Made by a program: the position numbers and the translations under genes. 64,000 nt of DNA from a virus (Duplodnaviria > Caudoviricetes): the IMG/VR virus record IMGVR_UViG_3300025732_000016. One strand, 5' to 3'. Below are positions 34,600-43,389 of this stretch, piece after piece (position 1 is the first letter of the stretch; every line of letters begins with the position of its first letter). The notes below the pieces were generated by a model. That model searched no databases, had not been told where the DNA came from, and saw only the letters and a program-made list of their open reading frames with translations.

Positions 34600-34934
34600 T
34601 AGCTCTCCTTCGGTTTAGAGATCTCTTCAACGTACCCGGGGTAGAACCCAGTGCCCTCTTTCAGGTGTCGAACGAGATTTTGCGGGCCATAACCCTCGTC
34701 ATCGCAGTGGGACCCCCAGTGCTCGACGATCTCCTCGTGGGCTGCGAGCATCACGGTCCGGAGACGAAGGTTCTCCTGCGCAAGTCGAGTGACCTCGTTC
34801 TGTAGCGCAATCACCTTGCTGGGCTCACTCACCCACTGCGCAAACTGCCTGATGACGCCCTTCTCGGATTGGAGGAGCTTCTTGATGTCCTCCTCGTCAA
34901 TGTGGTGCAGCCACTTGGGAAGCGCTTCACTCAT
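34599..34934 (-). CDS. Hypothetical protein
   Basis: Coupled ORF; short coiled coil. Confidence 0.55.
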   Translation of the reverse strand: MSEALPKWLHHIDEEDIKKLLQSEKGVIRQFAQWVSEPSKVIALQNEVTRLAQENLRLRTVMLAAHEEIVEHWGSHCDDEGYGPQNLVRHLKEGTGFYPGYVEEISKPKES

Positions 34935-35262
34935 CTCTCTTCTCCTTCTTCAACTTGAGACTCTCTAACCATCCATTGAAAGCTTCGGGATCCCAGTTGT
35001 CCTTCTTGTGGTCGAACGAAGGGTCTTGGCCCCACTGCGAGCTCGTCCATCCCTCGACAATCTTTCGCCAGAGCGTGACATCAATTCGAAGGAGCAGGCT
35101 CGGAAGCTTGCCTTCTCCCCGCCGCCAGTCTACTCTGTCAGTATCGAGAGACGCGCCCCATCCCTCACCGTCGAGCTGGAGGTAGACGTTGTCACTCTCA
35201 AAGCACTCCTGGTAGAGGTGAAAGTCTTTCTGGTCGTAGGCGATGGTGCAACGGGTGCTCAT
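34927..35262 (-). CDS. Hypothetical protein
   Basis: ATG with RBS; operonic overlap. Confidence 0.55.
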   Translation of the reverse strand: MSTRCTIAYDQKDFHLYQECFESDNVYLQLDGEGWGASLDTDRVDWRRGEGKLPSLLLRIDVTLWRKIVEGWTSSQWGQDPSFDHKKDNWDPEAFNGWLESLKLKKEKRDE

Positions 35263-35333
35263 TAGCGCTCCAATAATTGATTGTTTCCAATCACTCGACA
35301 GTGTTCAACGTCTCGAAAAGGATACATTAAGGC

Positions 35334-36068
35334 ATGCGCATTGGAATCTTCGGCGGCGGATTCAAGCCGTTCACTTCAGGTCACTTCTCGAAGCTTGCTC
35401 TCGCGTCTGCAGAGAACGATGAGGTCCTCCTCTTCTACGGCATCGCCGAGAGGAAGAAGGGCTCAGACTACCTCTACACGAAGGAGATGGCAGAACAGGT
35501 CTTCGAGATCGCGAAGAGTGCAATCGAAAGAGAGATGCCCAACGTCAATGTCATCAAGGCGAAACCGACTCCCATCGTCATGGCTTTCGAGGCGATACAG
35601 ACGTTTGCGGGAGTTCTCGACGCTCCCAGGTTCTTTCGCTACTCCGACTACGGAATCGACGTGAACAGCATCGACGAGGTGACTCTCTACGGCGACCAGG
35701 AGACGGTGGGAGAGTATCTGGCTTATGCCGATGACCCTGTGAAGGGACCGAGGTACTACGGCACGACTCTACAGGACGGGACCCTCCATTTCGACACGGG
35801 TATGGCGGATGGCGATGATGCGAGAATCATCAACGCAGTCCAGTCCTTCCACCCGGGTTGCAGTCGAGAAGAGGTGAGGGCAAGAAACCTTGTCCGAGGC
35901 TCAGAGGTTCGGGCTTCCATCGCATCCCGCAACCCAGAGGCGATCACTCGCTTCCTCCCACCCATCTACAGCCCTGAGGAGAAGGCGGCGGTGATAGACA
36001 TCCTCTACAGGGGACTCTGCGAGTCCACCCTTCGCAAGACAATCAGAACCATGATACTGGTGGGATGA
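35334..36068 (+). CDS. HIGH-motif nucleotidyltransferase (NMN adenylyl-/cytidylyltransferase-like) with C-terminal tag
   Basis: GIFGGGFKPFTSGH; VRGSEVRASI (KMSKS-equivalent); ends ESTLRKTIRTMIL. Confidence 0.7.
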   Translation: MRIGIFGGGFKPFTSGHFSKLALASAENDEVLLFYGIAERKKGSDYLYTKEMAEQVFEIAKSAIEREMPNVNVIKAKPTPIVMAFEAIQTFAGVLDAPRFFRYSDYGIDVNSIDEVTLYGDQETVGEYLAYADDPVKGPRYYGTTLQDGTLHFDTGMADGDDARIINAVQSFHPGCSREEVRARNLVRGSEVRASIASRNPEAITRFLPPIYSPEEKAAVIDILYRGLCESTLRKTIRTMILVG

Positions 36069-37342
36069 TGATCAGACAGCTTATCCGTGAGATGCTCATG
36101 CTGGAGAACGGTCCCGAGGCCCACATCCTCAACTTCTATGAGGACCTCGACATGCCCCTCTCCGAGTTCAAGGAGGCCATCAGGGCCCTCCTCGATGCCC
36201 AGGTGGAGGACGTCGAGGAGAAGATGGACGGGCAGAATCTCACCTTCACCGTGAGGAACGGCGAGGTGGAGACGTTCTCCAAGGGAGCCTCCTGGGCATC
36301 CGTCCAGCGCGGCGGAAAGAAGATCGCCGACTACGAGGCCCAGTACGCTGACCGTCCGCAGGTGAGGGACGCCTTCAAGAGGGCGTACGCATCCCTCCAG
36401 GCCGCGGCAGATGTCGATCCGGCCCTCACCTCCCGGCTCTTCAGGGACGGCGGAGTGGTGGTGGAGTCCCTCATGATGCTCCCCGAGAACCCCAACACCA
36501 TCGTCTACGACAGGCCCACCATCCGATTCGTGAGGGCCTACCCGATGGACCCGGCGCTCGGTGGACAGGTGGACCAGGAGGCGTACAGACAGTTCCTCGC
36601 TTCAGCTTCCTCGCTGGACGTCGCCGTCCCGATGGGTGAGGTTCCCATCCTGAAACTGAAGAAGGTCCTCAATTCTGACCAGGTCGCAGCCGAACTTGAG
36701 ACAGACCTCGATGCGCTCATGGCCGAGGCCGGTGTCAACGACTCGTCCACCATGGGTGATCTCATTGTCGGACTCGTGAAGACCCGCCTCGAGTCCGATG
36801 GGATGAGTCCTGATGTCGCGACAAAGGTCGCCATCCGTCTCGGTCGCGGTGAGAAGGCGGCGTTCTCCGCGAAGGACGCGAAGGCGGTGGGACCCGGCGT
36901 CTGGGAGAAGGTCCAGGGAATGGAGTCCGGCCCATACGTCGACGAGGCCATCATCCCCATCGAGAGGATCCTCCAGAAGCTCGCCGTCCAGGTCTTCCGC
37001 AACCTGGAGTTCGTCCTCTCCTCCAACCGCACCGAGTCAGGTGACGCTCTTCGATCCTTCGTCCGGCAGACCCGAGACGCAGTGAGGGGCGGGAGGCTCA
37101 TCGCCGACCCATCCCAGACCGAGTCCATCAGGGTTGCACTCGAGAGGATCGGTGACGAGGCAGCATTCGAGAAGGCGGTTGAGGGAATCGTCTTCCGGTG
37201 GAAGGGAAAGACCCGGAAGCTCACCGGACTCTTCACGCCCATCAACAAGCTCCGCGGATTCTTCGCCTATGGTAAGACTCCAGCGAGGATATCGCAGAAT
37301 GAGTCTCGAAAGAGATACTTACCATTCGGAAGGGTCGGATAA
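36065..37342 (+). CDS. ATP-dependent ligase/capping-superfamily-like protein with N-terminal tag
   Basis: Motif I EEKMDG, motif IV EGIVF and motif V RKLTG; begins MMIRQLIREMLMLE. Confidence 0.6.
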   Translation: MMIRQLIREMLMLENGPEAHILNFYEDLDMPLSEFKEAIRALLDAQVEDVEEKMDGQNLTFTVRNGEVETFSKGASWASVQRGGKKIADYEAQYADRPQVRDAFKRAYASLQAAADVDPALTSRLFRDGGVVVESLMMLPENPNTIVYDRPTIRFVRAYPMDPALGGQVDQEAYRQFLASASSLDVAVPMGEVPILKLKKVLNSDQVAAELETDLDALMAEAGVNDSSTMGDLIVGLVKTRLESDGMSPDVATKVAIRLGRGEKAAFSAKDAKAVGPGVWEKVQGMESGPYVDEAIIPIERILQKLAVQVFRNLEFVLSSNRTESGDALRSFVRQTRDAVRGGRLIADPSQTESIRVALERIGDEAAFEKAVEGIVFRWKGKTRKLTGLFTPINKLRGFFAYGKTPARISQNESRKRYLPFGRVG

Positions 37343-37392
37343 TGAGAATCACAGAATCACAGCTTAGAAAGTACGGATCAGGCGGGCACTGA
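37342..37392 (+). pseudogene. Out-of-frame tag fragment MRITESQLRKY upstream of the next gene
   Basis: TAATG-coupled 16-codon ORF that stops 1 nt before ATG 37394. Confidence 0.5.
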
Positions 37393-37393
37393 G

Positions 37394-38200
37394 ATGGGAG
37401 GAGAGGCATTCAAGGGTCCCGACGGAGAGCCACTAGCCACGGGCATAAAGCAGGCAGAGGTTGGTCCGACTCTCGACTCTCTTCTTCGAGATGTCCTCCG
37501 CCCCGTGGGCATCGATTCCTACGTCCCGCTGGGCTCGACGGGCAAGAAGCCGATCTCTAGTGACCTTGACATCGCAGTCGGACCTGTCCCGATGGATGAC
37601 CCGAAGGCTCTGAAGGCTCTGAAGGACGCGCTACTGGCGAACATCCAGGCGGTTGTCGGACCTGACAACGCGAAGCTCGTCGGTCAGAACATCGCGATAC
37701 TTCAGCCCATTGCTGGCTCTCCCGATCGTTTCGTGCAGGTCGATCTCATGCTGTCGGGTGACCCACAGAAGACGGGCTGGCTGATGTCTGGTACGGGTTC
37801 GGGCGTGAAGGGAGTCTATCGCAACCTCATGCTAGCATACATCGCGAAGCTCCGTTCTGAGGAGCAGCCTGGTACCAAGATCACCATCTCATACCCAGGC
37901 GGCATCCAGGTCGTCAAGGATGGGCAGACAGTGGTGCCGAGGACTGAGGACGCGGAAGCGATTGTCTCCACTCTCGGAATCCCTGCGAAGCCCTCAGAGA
38001 TCAATACTTTTGAGGAACTAGTAACCATATTGGCAAGGGACCCGAGCATCTCTGGTAAGCTCGAGGGTTACGAGACATACATCGGAAGGTATCTCCAGGA
38101 TCCGAAAACTGCAGTAGAGGCCCAAAAGTCGATTGCTGCCCTTAAAACAGCTCGCGGTCTCATGGAGACCGTGAGACTGCTGGTTCGCTCTCTCAGGTGA
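37394..38200 (+). CDS. Pol-beta-superfamily nucleotidyltransferase
   Basis: LGSTGKKPISSDLDIAV (GS..DxD) and third Asp in VQVDLM; ends METVRLLVRSLR. Confidence 0.7.
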   Translation: MGGEAFKGPDGEPLATGIKQAEVGPTLDSLLRDVLRPVGIDSYVPLGSTGKKPISSDLDIAVGPVPMDDPKALKALKDALLANIQAVVGPDNAKLVGQNIAILQPIAGSPDRFVQVDLMLSGDPQKTGWLMSGTGSGVKGVYRNLMLAYIAKLRSEEQPGTKITISYPGGIQVVKDGQTVVPRTEDAEAIVSTLGIPAKPSEINTFEELVTILARDPSISGKLEGYETYIGRYLQDPKTAVEAQKSIAALKTARGLMETVRLLVRSLR

Positions 38201-38711
38201 TTCGGATTCCCTTCACAGACATCTGAAGGGTCGTAAACCACGGATCCTTCACTTCCCGGTCGAGCTCATCAACTGCGATGGCGACCGGGATTGCTGTCAT
38301 CTCCCACTGCTCAATGCGCTCGCCCTCGTGATCACTCACGACCATCTTCACCTTGCGCTCAAGGGGCTTTTGGAGCCATGAGAAGACGCCAGCGTTCATG
38401 CCAGGCTTAGCTCTGACCTCAACGACCATCTGTCCCGAAGAGTTCTCTCCGGGTGTGAAGACCGAGAACTTCACGCCGCCGGACTCGAGGGGCTGCATGC
38501 CTTCGATGGAGATCTCCCACTTCGGAGACTCATCGACCTCGGGCTCCTCGCCTTCTCCGCCAGCTCCCAGAGCCCCTGCAAGACCGACCTTCTGCATGAG
38601 CTCCTCCATCGTGACAAATTCTACGGGAGGAGTCGCGACCTCACTCGGAGCATCAGCGACAGAAGTCTCAACAAGAGCATCTTCCTTCTTCTTACGACGA
38701 AATCTCATCAA
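38193..38711 (-). CDS. Tail-tube (T4 gp19-like) paralogue
   Basis: VFSWL...RKVKMVVSDHEGERIEQWEM...PVAIAVDELD resembles the gp19 pattern. Confidence 0.45.
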   Translation of the reverse strand: MMRFRRKKKEDALVETSVADAPSEVATPPVEFVTMEELMQKVGLAGALGAGGEGEEPEVDESPKWEISIEGMQPLESGGVKFSVFTPGENSSGQMVVEVRAKPGMNAGVFSWLQKPLERKVKMVVSDHEGERIEQWEMTAIPVAIAVDELDREVKDPWFTTLQMSVKGIRIT

Positions 38712-38926
38712 GCGCCTGCCTTCTCTTCAGATTCAATAGACTCACGGATGACTTTCACGAACTCACGCTGTGCTCGTTCCTCATCCCACTCTGTCACTCC
38801 CCAAGCCTTCATGAGGATGCATTTCACATCCTCATCAAACTCGATGTTGATCTTTGCAGAGCCGTCGGGCTGCTCCTCAACGCTTGCCACCCTGATGGGA
38901 ACCTGGAGCTGCTTTCTCTGTTTCAC
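38708..38926 (-). CDS. Hypothetical protein
   Basis: RBS GGAGG; GATAGTTA upstream. Confidence 0.55.
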   Translation of the reverse strand: MKQRKQLQVPIRVASVEEQPDGSAKINIEFDEDVKCILMKAWGVTEWDEERAQREFVKVIRESIESEEKAGA

Positions 38927-38963
38927 GAAACCTCCGAGAATACTGTAACTATCACCCTAAACT

Positions 38964-39761
38964 TTACACTGCCTTCTTCTTGCGGGGCTTGCGGACCTTC
39001 GGGAAGATGAGCTTCTCAGCGTCCGATGTCACCACGGTACCCTCGAGCAGGACGTCCACCATGACCATCCCGTAGCCAGAGAAGGTGCGGTTCCCGATGA
39101 TGAGAATGTCGATGGGTGTGTTGTCGTCACCGTTCTTCCAGGCCCGACCCGGAATGTGCCACGGCCTCACCTGACAGAGGGACCCGACCTTCTCGGGGAT
39201 GGATTCCCAGAGGGCAACCACTGCCCTGAACTGGGACTTCAGGAAGTCCACGTCCTCGACCTCGACCTCGCTCTGGTAGAGAATCTTGTTGGCGATCCGG
39301 TCGATGCGGTTGGAGGTCGCCGGCTTGTTGCCCCAGTAGTACTGGGACATGCGGGACTTCCGATTGAAGAGGCCCGCGGTGAGCTGGCGGAGCTCGTCGT
39401 CAACCTGGATCGAGTTGATGGGACGCTGGGCACCCGCCACGATCCGCTCGGCGTACGCCTTCTGGCGCTCGGTGAGGTCCCGACCCTGGAGGACCTGGCC
39501 GGCAAAGCTCCGGAGAGTGTCGGCCTCGTCCTTGCGGACGCAGGTCTCGGCCACGGCCAGCCAGTCCTTCGCCTTCTGCCATGACGGCCAGGTCTCGGGC
39601 GCTCCCTTCGCGAGTAGGTCGCGGAGGATGTTGACGCCGTTCCCACGGGGCTGCTTACCCTCGGCCGAGAGGGACGCGAGGAAGCCACCCGGCCAGGTGC
39701 CACCGAGGCCGGCGGCCTGGTAGGCCTGTGAGAGGGACCGGACCTTGTCGAGGTCGAACAT
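38964..39761 (-). CDS. Hypothetical GC-rich (probably early) protein
   Basis: ATG 39761 after AAGGAGG and the conserved twin promoter. Confidence 0.65.
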   Translation of the reverse strand: MFDLDKVRSLSQAYQAAGLGGTWPGGFLASLSAEGKQPRGNGVNILRDLLAKGAPETWPSWQKAKDWLAVAETCVRKDEADTLRSFAGQVLQGRDLTERQKAYAERIVAGAQRPINSIQVDDELRQLTAGLFNRKSRMSQYYWGNKPATSNRIDRIANKILYQSEVEVEDVDFLKSQFRAVVALWESIPEKVGSLCQVRPWHIPGRAWKNGDDNTPIDILIIGNRTFSGYGMVMVDVLLEGTVVTSDAEKLIFPKVRKPRKKKAV

Positions 39762-39764
39762 TCC

Positions 39765-39816
39765 ATTCCTCCTTACATTAAGACTATACCACACTTTTCA
39801 ACAGATTGGAATAGGC
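39765..39816 (-). promoter_or_regulatory. Conserved promoter + RBS cassette, copy 1
   Basis: GCCTATTCCAAT-N24-TAATGTAAGGAGGAAT; TTCCAA-N17-TATAGT with TGn extension. Confidence 0.7.
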
Positions 39817-39843
39817 CCGCGCAAAATAGTGATTAAAAGAGAA

Positions 39844-39871
39844 CCGCCGAGCCAGTTACCCGACTCGGCGG
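39844..39871 (-). terminator. Intrinsic terminator
   Basis: CCGCCGAG/CTCGGCGG stem followed by TTCTCTTTT on the minus strand. Confidence 0.6.
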
Positions 39872-39894
39872 CTTGCGCTCTCCCGAGGAAGGGA

Positions 39895-40080
39895 TCAGTC
39901 GATGGCCTCCTTCGCGAGCTTGACGGAAAGCGCCGCGACAGCCTTCGCGATCTTCTTACCCTCTTCCTTCGTGATGTTCACCTTCCCATTCTCGTCCTTC
40001 TTCAGGGACTCTCCGATCAGCTTCGCGAGCTTCTCGAGTTCAGGTGCGAGCACTATGAGCTCATCTGGTGTCAATGCCAT
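39895..40080 (-). CDS. Small hypothetical protein
   Basis: RBS GAGGAGG; DENGKVNITKEE is EF-hand-like. Confidence 0.55.
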   Translation of the reverse strand: MALTPDELIVLAPELEKLAKLIGESLKKDENGKVNITKEEGKKIAKAVAALSVKLAKEAID

Positions 40081-40167
40081 TTTGAAGTCCTCCTCTAGAG
40101 GCGGGGTTTCCGCGCTCTAAGGATAACTATCATCGAAGCCGCAGATATAGTTACGATAGGAGTGCAA

Positions 40168-41118
40168 ATGCATAGAAACGAAGCTGTGGTGAGGAGCCTT
40201 ATTCGTGAATGGCTCATAATCGAACAGGCAGCTGATGACGGCGCGAGCGCAGGAGCTGAAGCTGCTGGAGAGCTCAGCGGACTTGGATCTTTGGAGAGCC
40301 AAGTTGATGCTGCTCTCGATAAGATTGAAGACAAGATAGAAGACAAGAGTGAAGCAGTTGTCGCTCTTGCTTTAGGGCTCGGTCTCTCGATCCCCACGCT
40401 CGGAAAGTGGGCCGCAAAGGCAATAGCTCTCATCGTCAAAGGTTACGTCAAGCTCGCATCGAAGTTCGGCAAACCTGAACAGTCTGGTGGGCTTGCGTGG
40501 GCTGCAAAAGTAGAGGCTGCGGGAGAATCCTTCTACGAGAAAGGTCATCACATGATCGAAAGCTTCTATACAAAAATTGTGAAAGCCCTGTTTCTTCTTC
40601 TGTGCGCAATGGGAGACGTGGGAGGAATTGATGCTTACAAAGCTTACGCAGACTCACCAGCGGGACAAGAAGCTTTCACAAAAGTAGCAAAGCTGATCGA
40701 TCTTGCAGTAACGTGTATCCTCGCAGTCTATAGCGTCCAGGGGGCTATCGGAGCGATTCAGGCAGCTCACGCAGGACTCGCCGCGACCGAGGGCGTTCTT
40801 TCTGCTGCAAAGGGAGCGCACATAGGAGCTGCAGTCGCAGAGTCAATAGTAGAGGCTTCTAGAGCATTTGCAAGAGCATTTGCTGAAGCGGGTGTAGCCT
40901 CGGCCCTGATCTCGGACATCATGAAGAAAGCTTCATCTTTCTTCGAAGCCATCAAAGAGACGATTATGGGCGGCATCGAAGTCACTAAAAAGGCTGCTCA
41001 GGCTGCTGGACTCTCAGTTGCTCTCGCTGCAGGATCGGCAGTAGCCAGTGATGCTCCTGCCGACAGTGCTGCCTCTGCGCAGGACAGCGGAGTTGTTAGA
41101 GCTGATTCATCTCGTTGA
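40168..41118 (+). CDS. Ala/Gly-rich membrane-helix protein with N-terminal tag
   Basis: NEAVVRSLIREWLIIE; several hydrophobic helices; TATAGTTA and AGGAG upstream. Confidence 0.6.
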   Translation: MHRNEAVVRSLIREWLIIEQAADDGASAGAEAAGELSGLGSLESQVDAALDKIEDKIEDKSEAVVALALGLGLSIPTLGKWAAKAIALIVKGYVKLASKFGKPEQSGGLAWAAKVEAAGESFYEKGHHMIESFYTKIVKALFLLLCAMGDVGGIDAYKAYADSPAGQEAFTKVAKLIDLAVTCILAVYSVQGAIGAIQAAHAGLAATEGVLSAAKGAHIGAAVAESIVEASRAFARAFAEAGVASALISDIMKKASSFFEAIKETIMGGIEVTKKAAQAAGLSVALAAGSAVASDAPADSAASAQDSGVVRADSSR

Positions 41119-41395
41119 CAACCTCTTCTGTGCGCTTGTCACGGCCTCCCCAGTCGCGGGCCTCAATCCATTCAGTGACAGTTCCGCTCTCGTCACACGG
41201 GAAGACAAGAGTCTCATTGATGGTGAACATTCCGTTGCCGTGCTGGGCGTCAGAGATCGCGAAGTGTCGACCGTCAGTCATGACAACGTGACTTCGGAAG
41301 ATGATGCCGCCCTTCTTCACCAGCCTCCCACTCTCGAAGTAATCTTCAATGACGACTGGTTCCTTGAACTTGATGAAACGATCGATCATTCTCAC
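41096..41395 (-). CDS. Hypothetical phage protein
   Basis: ATGA coupling; ETLVFPCDESG. Confidence 0.55.
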   Translation of the reverse strand: MRMIDRFIKFKEPVVIEDYFESGRLVKKGGIIFRSHVVMTDGRHFAISDAQHGNGMFTINETLVFPCDESGTVTEWIEARDWGGRDKRTEEVVNEMNQL

Positions 41396-41943
41396 TCCTT
41401 CACGTTGATCTCGATGTCAGAAACGACCTCATCACCCCACACGTCCCAGCCCGGTGCCTTCTCACGCGCAAACAGTTCAAGCTTTCGCTGCGTCGGAAAC
41501 ATCTGCTCGATCCTACTTCTCACCTCGAGGGGCTTCGCAGAGTGCTCCCTGCGCTTTTCAGAGAGGAATTGCCTCACATTACGAGAACCTCGTGGCTGAG
41601 GTATCTTACCCTTCTTTCCGATAAGACAGAGCTCGACCTGGGACATCGTGTAGAAGCCCGGATTGACTTTCTGCTTGTCCCAGGCAAAACCAACGGTCGC
41701 CCACTGGAATCCCCACGACTTCATCAGGTCAATCGCCTGGTCCAAGTGGGGCGACGTCGACCAGAGAAACAGTAGGCAGTCGGGAGCACAGTGCTCCGCC
41801 ACGTTGTACTGTTTGAGGTCATCGAGAGTGAGAGTCCCGTAGTGGTTCTTTGCTCCGCCTGAAGTGGGACCTCCACGACCGGTGTGCTGCACCTGTCCCT
41901 TGTAGTCCCACGGTGGGTCGCAGTAGATGATTTCGTAGCTCAA
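41392..41943 (-). CDS. MT-A70-family adenine methyltransferase
   Basis: YCDPPW, LLFLWST and REHSAKP...LELFARE. Confidence 0.85.
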   Translation of the reverse strand: MSYEIIYCDPPWDYKGQVQHTGRGGPTSGGAKNHYGTLTLDDLKQYNVAEHCAPDCLLFLWSTSPHLDQAIDLMKSWGFQWATVGFAWDKQKVNPGFYTMSQVELCLIGKKGKIPQPRGSRNVRQFLSEKRREHSAKPLEVRSRIEQMFPTQRKLELFAREKAPGWDVWGDEVVSDIEINVKE

Positions 41944-43262
41944 GCCTTCTCCTTCCAGGTGTCGTAAGCGGCGAGGACCTTGGGGTCCACATCAGAGGGG
42001 TCTCGGAAGCGGCAAAATACGGGAAAGCGGAGCTTCCCATCCGGGGTGAACGGGGGCTGGTGTTCGCATTCCACGATCCGACCGATGTAGGAATCAGGCG
42101 CCGAGTTCACCTCGGTCTTGAGTCGATCGGAGTATCCACCACCGACCCGGGTAACCACGCCATTGGGCGTGAGGACCTTGAATCCACCGAACTGGCCTGC
42201 CCGCTTCGTGGCCTTTGACGCCTCGTACCAGCCGACCACCACACCCTCCTCGGTGGCCACCGGCTTGAGCTTGAGGATGGCCGAGGAGCGCTTCCACTGG
42301 TACTTGGCTTTGACGTCCTTGAGCATCACACCCTCGTAGCCGGCGTCGAGGCAGGTCGAGTAGAACTCTCGGAGCTCATCCTCATTTGCGCAGGTCTTCG
42401 CCTTCACGTACCGGAAGGGACCCTGGGAGAGCATTGGGCCAGCCCCGATGATGGTGACCAGGTCTGCCAGACGCTGCTCGTAGGTGAGCTCGGTCCTTTG
42501 GGCCTGCCAGTCAGTGAGGGGAACGCAATCGAAGACGTGGTAGCACATGGTCGAGTCGTCCTTCTTGGACTTGGCCGACATCACCACCGAGGCCGACTCA
42601 TTCCAGTCCTCACCCATGGCCTCGCCGTCGAGGACGAAATCATCGGAGGAGAGGGACTCGATTGCCGCCTTGATGCGGGGGAGAGTCTCGAGCACCGTGC
42701 CATTGCGAGTGTAGAGAGTGACCTCACTCTTGGACTTCACCGCCACCACTCGGAGGCCATCGAGCTTCGCCTCGACTCGGACGGGATAGGTCACCGGCTC
42801 GGAGAAGACGAAGTTTCCGTTGACTCCCTTGGTGGGGAGAGTGCCGGCGAGAGCCACCGCGAATGGGACCACCGTGCCCGGCCAGAGCTTGTTGATCGTG
42901 GTCACCGAGACCCCGCAGCGGAGGTTCCGCCAGAGGAGGCGTTCGAGCCACTTCTGGGCGACCCCGTCACCGGACTGGATGAGATCGGAGACCGCCTTCT
43001 TGGCTGCGTTACCTTTGAGTTCCCGCTTGTCGAGGCGAACCAGGAGATCGAGGAACTCGGTGACCAGGTCATCGCCGTGACCCCGGGTGCCGGGCGCCTT
43101 CGGGCGATCGTACTTGGCCACGCCCCAGTTCTTCCAGGGATCGAAGGCAAGCGAGAAGAAGCGGTGGAGGAGCGGATTGCCGCGATTCTCCTCCATGACG
43201 GCGCCCTTTGCGTTCCGGCCGCCGTCCGCCTCGAGAGTTTCCAGGATGTCCAGGACTTCCAT
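41940..43262 (-). CDS. ATP-dependent DNA ligase
   Basis: EAKLDG, VLDGE, YHVFD, EGVML, LKLKP and LRFPVF. Confidence 0.9.
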   Translation of the reverse strand: MEVLDILETLEADGGRNAKGAVMEENRGNPLLHRFFSLAFDPWKNWGVAKYDRPKAPGTRGHGDDLVTEFLDLLVRLDKRELKGNAAKKAVSDLIQSGDGVAQKWLERLLWRNLRCGVSVTTINKLWPGTVVPFAVALAGTLPTKGVNGNFVFSEPVTYPVRVEAKLDGLRVVAVKSKSEVTLYTRNGTVLETLPRIKAAIESLSSDDFVLDGEAMGEDWNESASVVMSAKSKKDDSTMCYHVFDCVPLTDWQAQRTELTYEQRLADLVTIIGAGPMLSQGPFRYVKAKTCANEDELREFYSTCLDAGYEGVMLKDVKAKYQWKRSSAILKLKPVATEEGVVVGWYEASKATKRAGQFGGFKVLTPNGVVTRVGGGYSDRLKTEVNSAPDSYIGRIVECEHQPPFTPDGKLRFPVFCRFRDPSDVDPKVLAAYDTWKEKA

Positions 43263-43263
43263 G

Positions 43264-43315
43264 ATTCCTCCTTACATTATGATAATAACACATTAGAGCA
43301 CAAATTGGAATAGGC
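43264..43315 (-). promoter_or_regulatory. Conserved promoter + RBS cassette, copy 2
   Basis: Same blocks and 24-nt spacing as 39765-39816; TTCCAA-N17-TATTAT. Confidence 0.7.
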
Positions 43316-43389
43316 TGGGGACCTTTTTGCAAAGAAATGTTTACTTAGTTGAGGCAACGCTAGAATGATCGGTTGCCCAAGGAGCAGAT

